In this document: in pieces, positions 10,453 through 19,750 of the stretch | How the letters are laid out: each line of letters begins with the position of its first letter | Position numbering within the stretch: the stretch's first letter is position 1 | Source: an uncultured Gammaproteobacteria bacterium | GTDB taxonomy: Bacteria > Pseudomonadota > Gammaproteobacteria > JAURND01 | Direction: 5' to 3' | Length of the DNA stretch: 64,000 bases | NCBI GenBank assembly: GCA_963714975.1 | Contig: CAVQQD010000001.1 | Coordinates: forward strand, 192,001 to 256,000 | Translations under genes and position numbers: made by a program | Notes under the pieces: model-generated | Databases searched by the model: none | Seen by the model: only the letters and a program-made list of their open reading frames with translations | What the model was told of the DNA's origin: nothing

Positions 10453-11085
10453 GTGACTACAGTAAGACGATCCGTTATGACACTTTATTCTGCTGATATG
10501 GATCTTCATAGCCATCGTGTCCGCATTGTACTGGCAGAAAAGGATGTCACTGTCGACATCTTAAACGTAATCAATCATGAATTACCTGAAGATTTGATCC
10601 ATCTCAATCCCTACAACACACTGCCAACCCTCGTCGACCGTGATTTGGTGTTATATAACTCCAACATCATTATGGAATATTTGGATGAGCGTTTTCCCCA
10701 CCCCCCTTTACTTCCGGTGTACCCCGTGGCTCGCGCCAAAAGCCGCTTGATGATGTATCGCATTGATCAAGATTGGTATACCTTGGTGGATCAAATTGAT
10801 CGCGGAAATAAAAAAGATTCTGATGCAGCACGCAAAGAACTGCAAGAAAGCCTTGCCAGGCTAGCCCCCGTGTTTGGCGATTCAGCTTATTTTTTAAGCG
10901 ATGAGTTTTCCCTAATTGATTGTTGTATCGCGCCGATTTTATGGCGCTTGCCGCAACTCAAAGTTGTTTTACCTCCCCAAGCTAAATCCGTATGGAGTTA
11001 TGCGAAACGAATTTTCAAGAAAAGTTCTTTTCAATTAAGCCTCACTGAAGCGGAACGAGAGTTAAAAGCGTTACATGACTTCTAA
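10453..11085 (+). CDS. sspA: Stringent starvation protein A
   Basis: LNPYNTLPTLVDRDLVLY, EYLDERFPHPPLLPVYPVARA. Confidence 0.95.
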   Translation: MTTVRRSVMTLYSADMDLHSHRVRIVLAEKDVTVDILNVINHELPEDLIHLNPYNTLPTLVDRDLVLYNSNIIMEYLDERFPHPPLLPVYPVARAKSRLMMYRIDQDWYTLVDQIDRGNKKDSDAARKELQESLARLAPVFGDSAYFLSDEFSLIDCCIAPILWRLPQLKVVLPPQAKSVWSYAKRIFKKSSFQLSLTEAERELKALHDF

Positions 11086-11473
11086 TAAACCCTATTTAAT
11101 CCGCGCGATGTATGAGTGGATCAGCGATAATGGCTGGACTCCCTATATAGTATTAAATACCCAAATTTTTGGCTGCATGGCGCCTCAAGAAAATATGCAA
11201 AAAGAACAAGTGGTATTTAATATCGCCATGCCAGTGGTGAAGGATTTAGTGCTTGGTAATGACGCCATTGAATTTAAAGCACGCTTTTCCGGAGTAATAC
11301 GTTCGATCTATGCCCCGATCAGTGCAGTTGTAGCTATCTATGCTAAGGAAAATAACCAAGGCATGAGTTTTCATCCTGAAGCACCCAGTGATGGTGAAAC
11401 GGATGGCGGAGAAAGCGGTCAACAGTCTAAGAAAAAGAAACCAGGCAAGCCGCATTTGCAGATTGTTAAATAG
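11075..11473 (+). CDS. sspB: ClpXP specificity factor SspB
   Basis: PYLIRAMYEWISDNGWTP; C-terminal KPHLQIVK. Confidence 0.93.
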   Translation: MTSNKPYLIRAMYEWISDNGWTPYIVLNTQIFGCMAPQENMQKEQVVFNIAMPVVKDLVLGNDAIEFKARFSGVIRSIYAPISAVVAIYAKENNQGMSFHPEAPSDGETDGGESGQQSKKKKPGKPHLQIVK

Positions 11474-12158
11474 TGGAAAGAGTCTCCACCCTAGCATTTC
11501 TTACGGTTTGTCCGATTTCGCTAAGTTGTTTCCAATCTGCGAAAGCTTCTTGCACTGGGCTGAGCTGAGAGCGGTAGTAAATATACCAGGCTAAACCACC
11601 TAAGCTTAATGCTAAAAATACATCGGCCGCTATTGCTTTGCCATCGGAGAACATAGATTCTTGAAATTGATTGAAAAAATCTATGTTAGTAGGATTGGAT
11701 GGTAAGCTATTGGCATAGGCAATATAGCAAGACGCCGAAATTAATGCATTTAAAATAAATGAGCGCTTAGCCACATCTCGTCCATCTACCACTTCATGAT
11801 AATTTTGTGGTATTTCACCCTGGTAATTTTCTGCCTCTTCGGTAATAACACTGGATCGATATTTTAAGTAAAGGGCTAATAGTAGCATCAAAGCTCCAAT
11901 ACAAACACTCCCTGTGTTTTTCCAAAGTCGCCAAGAATTCGTATCTCCAAGCTCTAAATAAGTTTTTAAAGCAATTATCCCTGAAACAAACATTGTACTC
12001 GCTCCGATTGTAGACAAAATGCCCACTTCACCGCCCCAGTAGGGATGTGAATATTTGGGGTCAAGTTGGGAGGCACTTGACGAGGAGGTTTGTTGTGACA
12101 CTATTACAGTGACTGAATTTGTAGACGCAGTTTGCACAAAAGCTGCAGATTGTTTCAT
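11466..12158 (-). CDS. Hypothetical 4-TM protein (divergent member of local paralog family)
   Basis: Four hydrophobic segments; shares SCYIA...DFFN..ESMF..K.IAAD..LA..Y...R.Q..P with 21091-21657. Confidence 0.7.
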   Translation of the reverse strand: MKQSAAFVQTASTNSVTVIVSQQTSSSSASQLDPKYSHPYWGGEVGILSTIGASTMFVSGIIALKTYLELGDTNSWRLWKNTGSVCIGALMLLLALYLKYRSSVITEEAENYQGEIPQNYHEVVDGRDVAKRSFILNALISASCYIAYANSLPSNPTNIDFFNQFQESMFSDGKAIAADVFLALSLGGLAWYIYYRSQLSPVQEAFADWKQLSEIGQTVRNARVETLSTI

Positions 12159-12286
12159 AATCTACTCCTATCAAAAATTTGGTTCATTGTAGCAAGCGAA
12201 TATGAAGGATATATTGAGCCACTTCCTCGCAGAAGCCTTCCGCTTCCGCCTACTTTTAACTTTTGTCAAAGAACTCGGCAGGCATA

Positions 12287-12697
12287 TTAAAGTATCTTAG
12301 AACAAAAAAATGCAGGGGTAACAATTTTTACATGTTGAATTTTAGCTTGCTGCAATAATCCCGATCGATGATCACCAGTAATCAAGTAATCTGCATTGCC
12401 TGTGATTGCCATACTAACAAGAAAAGCATCATTAGGGTCGTTTACTTCGTGGTCAATGGTTAATTGCTTTAATATAACCGCACTATGTAGATTATTAATC
12501 ATTGTACCAACTAAGGCAGGCTGCAAAATTTTCTTGAACTTTGGGTAACGACTAGCCCGACGCAATTCATCGAGCTGCAGGGTAGATGTGACCAACTCAA
12601 ATTTAGCAGTTCGCCATCCACGATAAATAATATCCGAATGACCATGCGGCGAAATAAGTGCGCTTAAGAATATATTAGTATCAAGCACCACCCTCAT
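12287..12697 (-). CDS. PIN-domain toxin (VapC-like)
   Basis: MRVVLDTNIFLSA, DPNDAFL, ADYLITGD. Confidence 0.88.
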   Translation of the reverse strand: MRVVLDTNIFLSALISPHGHSDIIYRGWRTAKFELVTSTLQLDELRRASRYPKFKKILQPALVGTMINNLHSAVILKQLTIDHEVNDPNDAFLVSMAITGNADYLITGDHRSGLLQQAKIQHVKIVTPAFFCSKIL

Positions 12698-12945
12698 TCG
12701 TCATCGTCTCTGCTAGCCCAATCAAGTGCCTCCTTAACGATCTCTGTTAATTTATTTTCACTGACACTTATGTTAGCAGCTTTAGCCTGTTCCACTGTTA
12801 AATCCATAATATAGGCACGGACGGCTTGTTCAACAAATCGTGATAGGTCACCTTTTTTTTCGCCACCCTGACTTGCCAAAAATAAACGAAGCGCGTGATC
12901 AGTATCCCGAGATACTGCAATATTCCAATGAATAGGATTGTTCAT
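12694..12945 (-). CDS. Ribbon-helix-helix antitoxin
   Basis: WNIAVSRDTDHALRLFLA...KGDLSRFVEQAV; ATGA overlap with the PIN gene. Confidence 0.8.
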   Translation of the reverse strand: MNNPIHWNIAVSRDTDHALRLFLASQGGEKKGDLSRFVEQAVRAYIMDLTVEQAKAANISVSENKLTEIVKEALDWASRDDDE

Positions 12946-13035
12946 AAAAACCTCTACAGTAAAAGCTTATACATAAGCACAATTATAGCAGCACTCGCCT
13001 AGACAAGTCTCCCTCGCAAAAGCCTGTCCTGGGCT

Positions 13036-14223
13036 TTAAGCGATTAATTCTCCCGCCCAAAGTTTTTTTAAAAAAATTCTCCAGGGCCAAATGTTTATTC
13101 CATCATGAGTCAAACGCTCGTTGCGATCCAGGCTAATCACAGTATAATTTTGGACTAATCCTTCCTCTTTGAGGGCTCTGATGCCCTTGAGGTGTTTATC
13201 AGTCACAAGATCAGTGCCTTTGATCTCAATTGCTAGCTTATTTCCAAGCACAATATCCACTTCGAAGTGTGAAGTAGAACGCCAATATTGTAATGGCAAG
13301 TCTACACCATGATAGGCGAGAAATGCTCGAAATTCTAAGACAATGAAATGCTCAAAAAGTCGACCAAAAAGTTCTGATTTAGATTCAACTCGGCCACGTC
13401 TGGTAAGAAAATTCACCACACCGATATCAAATAAATAATATTTTGCACGGGTAATGGCCTTGCGCTTTTTGCTGGCTAGAAATGGGGGAACACTAAATCC
13501 AATCAGCGTATCGTTTAAAATTTTGAAATAGGCTTCAACGGTGCGTACCGCCACTCCACAATCACTTGAAATATTGCTGTAATTAATTTCCTCGCCATTG
13601 CAAAGCGCCACCACTTCTAAGAAACGAACAAAACCGGATAAATTACGCGTAAGTGCCTCTGCTTTAATTTCTTCCTGGAGGTAAGTACCTACATAAGCGC
13701 TGAGATAATCACTGACCCCGTCTTGGCCATAAAATTCTGGCAAACCGGTGGTATTCAAATAGGTTAGGAGATCAAAATCGGGAATTTCTTGAAAGGTCAG
13801 TGGGAACAACGATGCTTGATAAGCACGACCTGCCAACAAATTTGCACCACCCTTGCGTAATTTTCTCGCGCTACTGCCGGTCAGTAAAAATTTTTGTTTC
13901 CGTTTTACAATTAACCGCTGCACTTCGTCTAACAAGAGAGGGAGTTTTTGAATTTCATCAATCACCACTAAAGTAGTTGATTTTGTTTCCTGACTGATTA
14001 AGGTAGGGTCTCGGACCAGCCGCTGAAAGACTGATGCATCAAGCAAGTCATAGACTTCAGCATCTGGAAGAGTCTCTGCGATCAGGGTACTTTTTCCAAC
14101 TCCGCGCGGACCGAAGAGAAAATGGCTTCGTTTGCTGAGCAGTTTTGTTAAATCTAAATATCTTGGGTACATTTTATCTCCATATTCAGCTTGTAAGTCG
14201 CTGAATATCATTATAATCGGCAA
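13036..14223 (-). CDS. AAA-family ATPase with DUF4143 domain (second, divergent copy)
   Basis: GPRGVGKS, VIDEIQK, LTGSSARKL, EVDIVL...AIEIK; true start probably internal (MYPRYL). Confidence 0.85.
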   Translation of the reverse strand: MPIIMIFSDLQAEYGDKMYPRYLDLTKLLSKRSHFLFGPRGVGKSTLIAETLPDAEVYDLLDASVFQRLVRDPTLISQETKSTTLVVIDEIQKLPLLLDEVQRLIVKRKQKFLLTGSSARKLRKGGANLLAGRAYQASLFPLTFQEIPDFDLLTYLNTTGLPEFYGQDGVSDYLSAYVGTYLQEEIKAEALTRNLSGFVRFLEVVALCNGEEINYSNISSDCGVAVRTVEAYFKILNDTLIGFSVPPFLASKKRKAITRAKYYLFDIGVVNFLTRRGRVESKSELFGRLFEHFIVLEFRAFLAYHGVDLPLQYWRSTSHFEVDIVLGNKLAIEIKGTDLVTDKHLKGIRALKEEGLVQNYTVISLDRNERLTHDGINIWPWRIFLKKLWAGELIA

Positions 14224-14297
14224 CTTAAGAGATAGTCAAACTCGTCTGAGACCGTCGTTGCGAGGACGAGGACGGTCGACAGTGACCAGTGGGGTAC

Positions 14298-14930
14298 TTA
14301 ACCTTGGGATGATGAAACAGAAAACTCAGGATTAGGATCCGGGTGTAGATCGAACCAAACCTCCTTTGCAGGTTCGGATTTCGCCAAATAATACATATAA
14401 TATGTTGCGACAAATAAAAATAGGGCTGAACCCAGATGGCCTGCTATTAATTCGAAATCGAGATAATTAGGATCTGCACTCATGAGTTTGTTCAAGCTAG
14501 GTGCATAAAAACATATGGCCCAAAAGAGTGCAAAGATAAGCCATATAGAGGCACATCCCCGATGGTTTTTATTAATTCTAATCGCCACTTTTTCTGCATC
14601 GGTAAGTTCTGTAAGTTTAGCAGAAACCTCTTTGATTTCTTTAGACTTCCGAGACAGGCATACTGATAGTGCGATAAGTAATGCTCCGGCCACTAGCAGC
14701 GCAGCCGAGGAAATCCATAAGTGGCTGAGGATATCACGAGTTACCTCCATGGGTATTTCAACATCAAGAATCCCATGGTTATGGAGATATTGGTGATAAC
14801 TGGCAGCGCTCAGGAAGAGCAGCCCCGCGGAACTCGAAACCACTCCTGCTGAGGCGCTTATTCCCGTATGGTAGTGGTAAAAGCCCTTGGGCTCCTGTGC
14901 ATTGTTCTCCACTAGTTCTACACTTGGCAT
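14298..14930 (-). CDS. Unknown 4-TM protein, tandem family member lacking the N-terminal domain
   Basis: YHYHT, SYHQYLHNHG, SADPNYL, YYMYYLAKSEP. Confidence 0.75.
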   Translation of the reverse strand: MPSVELVENNAQEPKGFYHYHTGISASAGVVSSSAGLLFLSAASYHQYLHNHGILDVEIPMEVTRDILSHLWISSAALLVAGALLIALSVCLSRKSKEIKEVSAKLTELTDAEKVAIRINKNHRGCASIWLIFALFWAICFYAPSLNKLMSADPNYLDFELIAGHLGSALFLFVATYYMYYLAKSEPAKEVWFDLHPDPNPEFSVSSSQG

Positions 14931-15850
14931 AAGCTCTCCCGCAGCTCGGTTTCGTGTTTCTCAGCATCGTCTTTTTCCAGTAAAATTTCAGTTTCGGGCT
15001 GGGCTTTTACCAATGCATAGTACAAATAAATTGAGGTCGCTATAACGCATACCGCTGCAAAAAAATGGGCCACCATCAGCTTGGGATGAAGATAATTAGG
15101 ATCGGCACTTAATAGATTTTCTGCATTAGGGGGATAACAGAATGCAGACAGGATGAACCCCACTAGACTCAACCCTACCGCCCAGTGTCTGCGCTTAACA
15201 TCAGCTCTAAGTTGACTATAGTCTTGTGAGGGATCTAGTGTTGTGGTAGCAACCTTTGCTTCAATCTCTTGCTGCTTATGATACAAGTGTATAGCTAATG
15301 TGATGAGTAATGCACCTGCCACCATTAATACAGAAGAGCCAACCCAGTAGTTGGTGAGGCTATCAATAGCCTCATTGGTAATGCTATCAAGGTCCGGGAT
15401 TTGTTGGTTTTTTAAATATTGATAATAGCTGGCTGCCGCCGTCAAGAGGAGCCCGCCTATAACCAACCATGGCCCAGTTCCGCCACTGAGTTTGATTTGA
15501 TCTTCGTAGTACCCTGCTAATAGCCCGTCGTTTTGTTTTTGTTTTGGTAAATTAGATCCTTGTTTTTCGGCACCACGGTTCTCTGCTTCCTCGGCTTCAG
15601 CTTCAGCTCTTCTACTCAATTCGTTTTTATAAAGACTTGCTGCTATAGAATTACTAAGTATTGCCTGCGCAATAGGATAAAAATGGCTCTCTGGATGGTC
15701 CTGTGCTGTTATGTCAGACAACTTGTTCGCGCTATCTACAAAGAATTCTACCTCAACTTGCTTAAAAGTAGGCTTTTCCTCTGCAAGATAACCCCATATT
15801 TGTCGTGCTACAGCTATTCTCTTGAAACCCTCCTGATCTTGCCCTTGCAT
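14918..15850 (-). CDS. Unknown 4-TM protein, tandem family member
   Basis: AQAILSN, SYYQYLKNQ, SADPNYLHP, YLYYALVKAQPE. Confidence 0.78.
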   Translation of the reverse strand: MQGQDQEGFKRIAVARQIWGYLAEEKPTFKQVEVEFFVDSANKLSDITAQDHPESHFYPIAQAILSNSIAASLYKNELSRRAEAEAEEAENRGAEKQGSNLPKQKQNDGLLAGYYEDQIKLSGGTGPWLVIGGLLLTAAASYYQYLKNQQIPDLDSITNEAIDSLTNYWVGSSVLMVAGALLITLAIHLYHKQQEIEAKVATTTLDPSQDYSQLRADVKRRHWAVGLSLVGFILSAFCYPPNAENLLSADPNYLHPKLMVAHFFAAVCVIATSIYLYYALVKAQPETEILLEKDDAEKHETELRESLCQV

Positions 15851-15861
15851 AATCGCACCTC

Positions 15862-16953
15862 CTACACATTAAACCTAAAATGAATAATATCCCCATCTTG
15901 GACCAAATACTCCTTGCCTTCTAAGCGTAGTTTACCGGCTTCTTTAGCGCCTTGTTCTCCCTGATAGCGGATAAAATCTGCATAGGAAATGACTTCCGCG
16001 CGAATAAAACCCCGCTCAAAATCAGTATGAATAATCCCAGCGGTTTGTGGGGCGGTGTAGCCACAAGGAAAGGTCCAAGCCCGTACTTCTTTGGGTCCCG
16101 CGGTAAAATAAGTGGCTAAGCCGAGCAAGGCATAGCCCGCACGGATCACCCGATTTAGACCCGGCTCTGCCAAACCCATGCTGGCTAAAAATTCTAATTT
16201 TTCCTCGTCTTTTAACTCGGCAATTTCAGACTCTAAGGCCGCGCAAATCGTCACTACCGCAGCGCCTTCTCGTTTCGCCAGCTCTTCTACCTGCTCCAGA
16301 TAAGGATTATTTTCGAAACCATTTTCAGCTACATTGGCGATATACAGGGTGGGCTTGGCTGTCAAAAGTTGCAGGGGCTGCAGTATTGCTATTGCTGCTT
16401 CCGCTAATTTTAAGCTGCGGACCGGTAAACCTTGATTAAGCTGCTCGCGCACAGTTTGTAAGATCTGTTGCTCTATAAAAGCATTGCGTTGCCCGCTTTT
16501 GACCAGCTTAGCGACTTTATTCAAGGCTTTATCTACGGATTCCAGATCAGCCAAGGCGAGCTCGGTATTCACCACTTCAATATCCGCTACCGGATCCACC
16601 TTCCCTGCCACATGCACCACATCGCTGCCCTCAAAGCAACGGACCACATGCGCAATTGCTTGAGTTTCGCGGATATTCGCCAAAAATTGGTTCCCCAAAC
16701 CTTCCCCTTGCGCAGCGCCTGCTACCAGTCCAGCAATGTCAACAAAGGTCATGGTCGTCGGCACGACACATTGTGGTTTCACTATTGCTGCAATATGTTC
16801 TTGACGCGGATCAGGTACTGGCACGATATCGATATTCGGTTCAATCGTGCAAAACGGATAATTAGCGGCCTCAATTCCCGCTTGGGTGATTGCATTAAAT
16901 AAAGTGGATTTCCCCACATTCGGCAAACCCACGATCCCGCATTTAAATCCCAT
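15862..16953 (-). CDS. ychF: Redox-regulated ATPase YchF
   Basis: [48 protein letters not shown]. Confidence 0.97.
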   Translation of the reverse strand: MGFKCGIVGLPNVGKSTLFNAITQAGIEAANYPFCTIEPNIDIVPVPDPRQEHIAAIVKPQCVVPTTMTFVDIAGLVAGAAQGEGLGNQFLANIRETQAIAHVVRCFEGSDVVHVAGKVDPVADIEVVNTELALADLESVDKALNKVAKLVKSGQRNAFIEQQILQTVREQLNQGLPVRSLKLAEAAIAILQPLQLLTAKPTLYIANVAENGFENNPYLEQVEELAKREGAAVVTICAALESEIAELKDEEKLEFLASMGLAEPGLNRVIRAGYALLGLATYFTAGPKEVRAWTFPCGYTAPQTAGIIHTDFERGFIRAEVISYADFIRYQGEQGAKEAGKLRLEGKEYLVQDGDIIHFRFNV

Positions 16954-16976
16954 AAAAATTAACCTTGTTTAAAAGC

Positions 16977-17897
16977 TTATAGATTGCTTTTGTGCCGCTC
17001 TTGCTGTCTCTCTAGTGCGACCTCCGCTTCGGGTTGGGCTTTCCGCACTGCACAGTACAGATAAACCATGAACGCCATTAAGCATAGAGCTGCGGTAGCT
17101 AAAACTGCTGTTTTCACGGGGTTAAGCTGGAACGGGTTGAATGGGCTGGGGTCATCTATACCCATACAACATCCTCCACATGCTATGAGAGCTAGTACAC
17201 TCAACCCAGCCGCCACGTGTCGTCGGGTCATATTAGTTTTAAGTACTTTAGCCTCCTCCTCCTCTGGCTGAATGTTAGCAAAACTCCGAGGATCTGCTGC
17301 AATTTCAGCGGACCGGCGATACAAATGCTTTGCCAATACGAGTAATGTTATCCCCAGCATCAGGAGCGCAGCCGTGCCAGACCAATAGCTGGTCATGGCA
17401 TCACTTACGGGCACCCCTGCCTCAGGGATAGGCATCCCCTGGTTTTGCAAATATTGGTAATAACTGGATACCGCTATCATGCCTAACCCACCAAAAGTCA
17501 GACCTACACCAGTCCCAAAGCTTAGTTTAGTGTGCAGCTCGTAATATGGTTCGGGGGAGTACTCTTGTGTACGTCGCTTTTTTATTGCTTGTTGCGCCTC
17601 TTCAGCTATTTTACTGTAAGCTACTACCTCTGGCGAAGCAGAGAAAGCCTCATCATCTCCAGCCGCAGCTTGTGTCTTTAGGTACTGATCATAGATACCT
17701 TTTGCAAGGTCGTTAGTTAATATGGCCTGCGCAACCTCACAATCAACCGACTCTGTATTGCCGTCGTTTACCTCATATAAAGATTCGCGACAGCGTAGAG
17801 TTCTCACCAAGCTGTCTTCAGTGAGCCCGAGATGATCCTCATGTAATAAACCATATAATTGCTTTGCCAATGCTTGCTCAGCGGTTTGTTGTCCCAT
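16977..17897 (-). CDS. Unknown 4-TM protein, tandem family member
   Basis: EQALAKQL, AQAILTN, SSYYQYLQNQG, YLYCAVRKAQPEAEV. Confidence 0.78.
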   Translation of the reverse strand: MGQQTAEQALAKQLYGLLHEDHLGLTEDSLVRTLRCRESLYEVNDGNTESVDCEVAQAILTNDLAKGIYDQYLKTQAAAGDDEAFSASPEVVAYSKIAEEAQQAIKKRRTQEYSPEPYYELHTKLSFGTGVGLTFGGLGMIAVSSYYQYLQNQGMPIPEAGVPVSDAMTSYWSGTAALLMLGITLLVLAKHLYRRSAEIAADPRSFANIQPEEEEAKVLKTNMTRRHVAAGLSVLALIACGGCCMGIDDPSPFNPFQLNPVKTAVLATAALCLMAFMVYLYCAVRKAQPEAEVALERQQERHKSNL

Positions 17898-17957
17898 AGT
17901 CCACCTCTCATAGTGATTTGTAAAAACCCTTCTACCGCTTGCGGGAGAAGATCCTCA

Positions 17958-18893
17958 TTAAACGTGCGTTTGTGCTACGAGCCGTCTATCCTGCGCTTCA
18001 AGTGAGACCTCCGCTTCGGGATTGGCTTTTATCGCATAGTACAGATAAGCCATAAAAGCAATTACACATAGGGCTGCAGTAGTATGAGCCGCTATTGTCG
18101 TGGGGTCGAGGTGGTTTGGATTGGGGCTTACTAAGTTATCTAAGCCCGCTATATAACAGCCCACAGAGGCTATGCCGCTTAGTATACTCAACCCAAATGC
18201 CCAACGTCGATGGGTTACATTAGTTTTCATTGTTTTAGCAGCATCTGAATTTGGGTCAATTTCTACTAGAGGGCTCTGTTTGATTTGATCGGACCTATGA
18301 GACAGACGCACTGCCAAGGCAACTAACGCCACCCCCACCACCAGGAACACAGCAGTGCTAATCCAACAGCTAGTCATGGCATCACCTACAGGTACCTCTG
18401 GGATCGGAGTTCCATGATTTTGCAAGTATTGGTAATAACTGGAGATCCCGATTAACGCCAGCCCTGTTACAGTAAAAGCTGCGCCAATTCCTCCGCTGCA
18501 AAAGGTATGAACCTGGTAATATGCTTCGGAAGGACGCACATGAATATGCGCGTTTTGTGTATCTTCTTGCTTTGTATGGTCTGTTAGTTTCCAAACCTTT
18601 TGCCCTGTATGGACTATATCTTCCCGACGCACTTCCGCCTCCGAATCTGCGGCTGCAGTATTTTCCTTATTTAGAAGGTACTTATCATAAAGCCCTCTTG
18701 TAATGGAATTGTTTAATACAGCCTGCGCAGCGCCATAAGCAACCTTTGTGTGTTCTGGGGTTATATTATGTAAAGTTCCTAGGGGATAGTTTAAAACCCG
18801 CAGCAATCTGGCTTCAGTAAGCTCAGGATGATCGTCTTTTAACAAATTGAATAATTGCTTTGCCAATGCTTGTTCAGTGGTTTGTTGCGTCAT
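17958..18893 (-). CDS. Unknown 4-TM protein, tandem family member
   Basis: EQALAKQL, AQAVLNN, SSYYQYLQNHG, YLYYAIKANPEAEV. Confidence 0.78.
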   Translation of the reverse strand: MTQQTTEQALAKQLFNLLKDDHPELTEARLLRVLNYPLGTLHNITPEHTKVAYGAAQAVLNNSITRGLYDKYLLNKENTAAADSEAEVRREDIVHTGQKVWKLTDHTKQEDTQNAHIHVRPSEAYYQVHTFCSGGIGAAFTVTGLALIGISSYYQYLQNHGTPIPEVPVGDAMTSCWISTAVFLVVGVALVALAVRLSHRSDQIKQSPLVEIDPNSDAAKTMKTNVTHRRWAFGLSILSGIASVGCYIAGLDNLVSPNPNHLDPTTIAAHTTAALCVIAFMAYLYYAIKANPEAEVSLEAQDRRLVAQTHV

Positions 18894-18927
18894 AGTCTAT
18901 CTCTCATAGTGATTTGTAAAACTCCTG

Positions 18928-19533
18928 CTACCGCTTGTTCGACCTATCGGCTCTAACCTGAGCCACCTCCCGGGTTTTTTCGGCAGTTGAAAGATCTAAT
19001 ATTTTATTATCAGTTGTTACTGAAATCGCATTGGACCTACGAATCAGGTGCACTGTCAATGCGAGCAAGGCTACCCCCGTTGTCAGCGCCGCAGCAGAGA
19101 GAATCCAGCCGTGGTTAAGACTGTCACCAGTAAATATCGTATCTGGAGTTCCGTGATTTTGCAGATACTGATAATTACTGAGATTACCTATCATGAACAA
19201 GCCACTTACGACAAAAACTCCAGCTGATAGCGCGCTTAATTGGGTGTGGTCATGATCATAGCCCTGGCCTGATTTTATCGGAAGCTTAGTATTTTTTGCT
19301 GCCCCGCTAAAATACTCAACATAAATAATTAATGCATCTACATTTTCGCACATTTTTTGAGCAATCTGATCTGAATCCTTTCGTAGCGCTTCTATTGTAT
19401 TTACTTGTGTATTTACTTGCTTAAGTAAAAAAATTTTTAATTTTTCTTCTGAAATTTGCTCTTCCTGTCTATCCTTTAAACAAACTGCCAGCTTCCTTGC
19501 CACCGCATCAATTTCTGTTGTTTGCTGTGACAT
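18928..19533 (-). CDS. Tandem family member truncated after TM2 (possible pseudogene)
   Basis: NYQYLQNHGTP and two TMs present; stops at RADRSNKR where paralogs continue into TM3-4. Confidence 0.65.
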   Translation of the reverse strand: MSQQTTEIDAVARKLAVCLKDRQEEQISEEKLKIFLLKQVNTQVNTIEALRKDSDQIAQKMCENVDALIIYVEYFSGAAKNTKLPIKSGQGYDHDHTQLSALSAGVFVVSGLFMIGNLSNYQYLQNHGTPDTIFTGDSLNHGWILSAAALTTGVALLALTVHLIRRSNAISVTTDNKILDLSTAEKTREVAQVRADRSNKR

Positions 19534-19750
19534 AATCTATCTCTCTATATCTCATTGCCTGTTTGCAAGGCTCCCTTCTACCGCCTTCCGTCATTTCGAG
19601 CGAAACCGTCATCCCGAGCGAGCCATGGCAATTGTATCAAGTTTACTCAGTTCTTTGTAGTAAATTATTTTATTTTTATACTGATATATCCTATACTGCT
19701 ATCCGATTCAAACATCTCATTTAAGACTCGTCGTCTCGAAGAGAAAAAAT

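Noticed and set aside
10321-10515. 64-aa minus-strand ORF
   Set aside because: Antisense to tRNA-Gln and the sspA start.
4170-15850. CaaX prenylation motifs in proteins ending AFFC or LCQV
   Set aside because: The cysteine is not at position -4.
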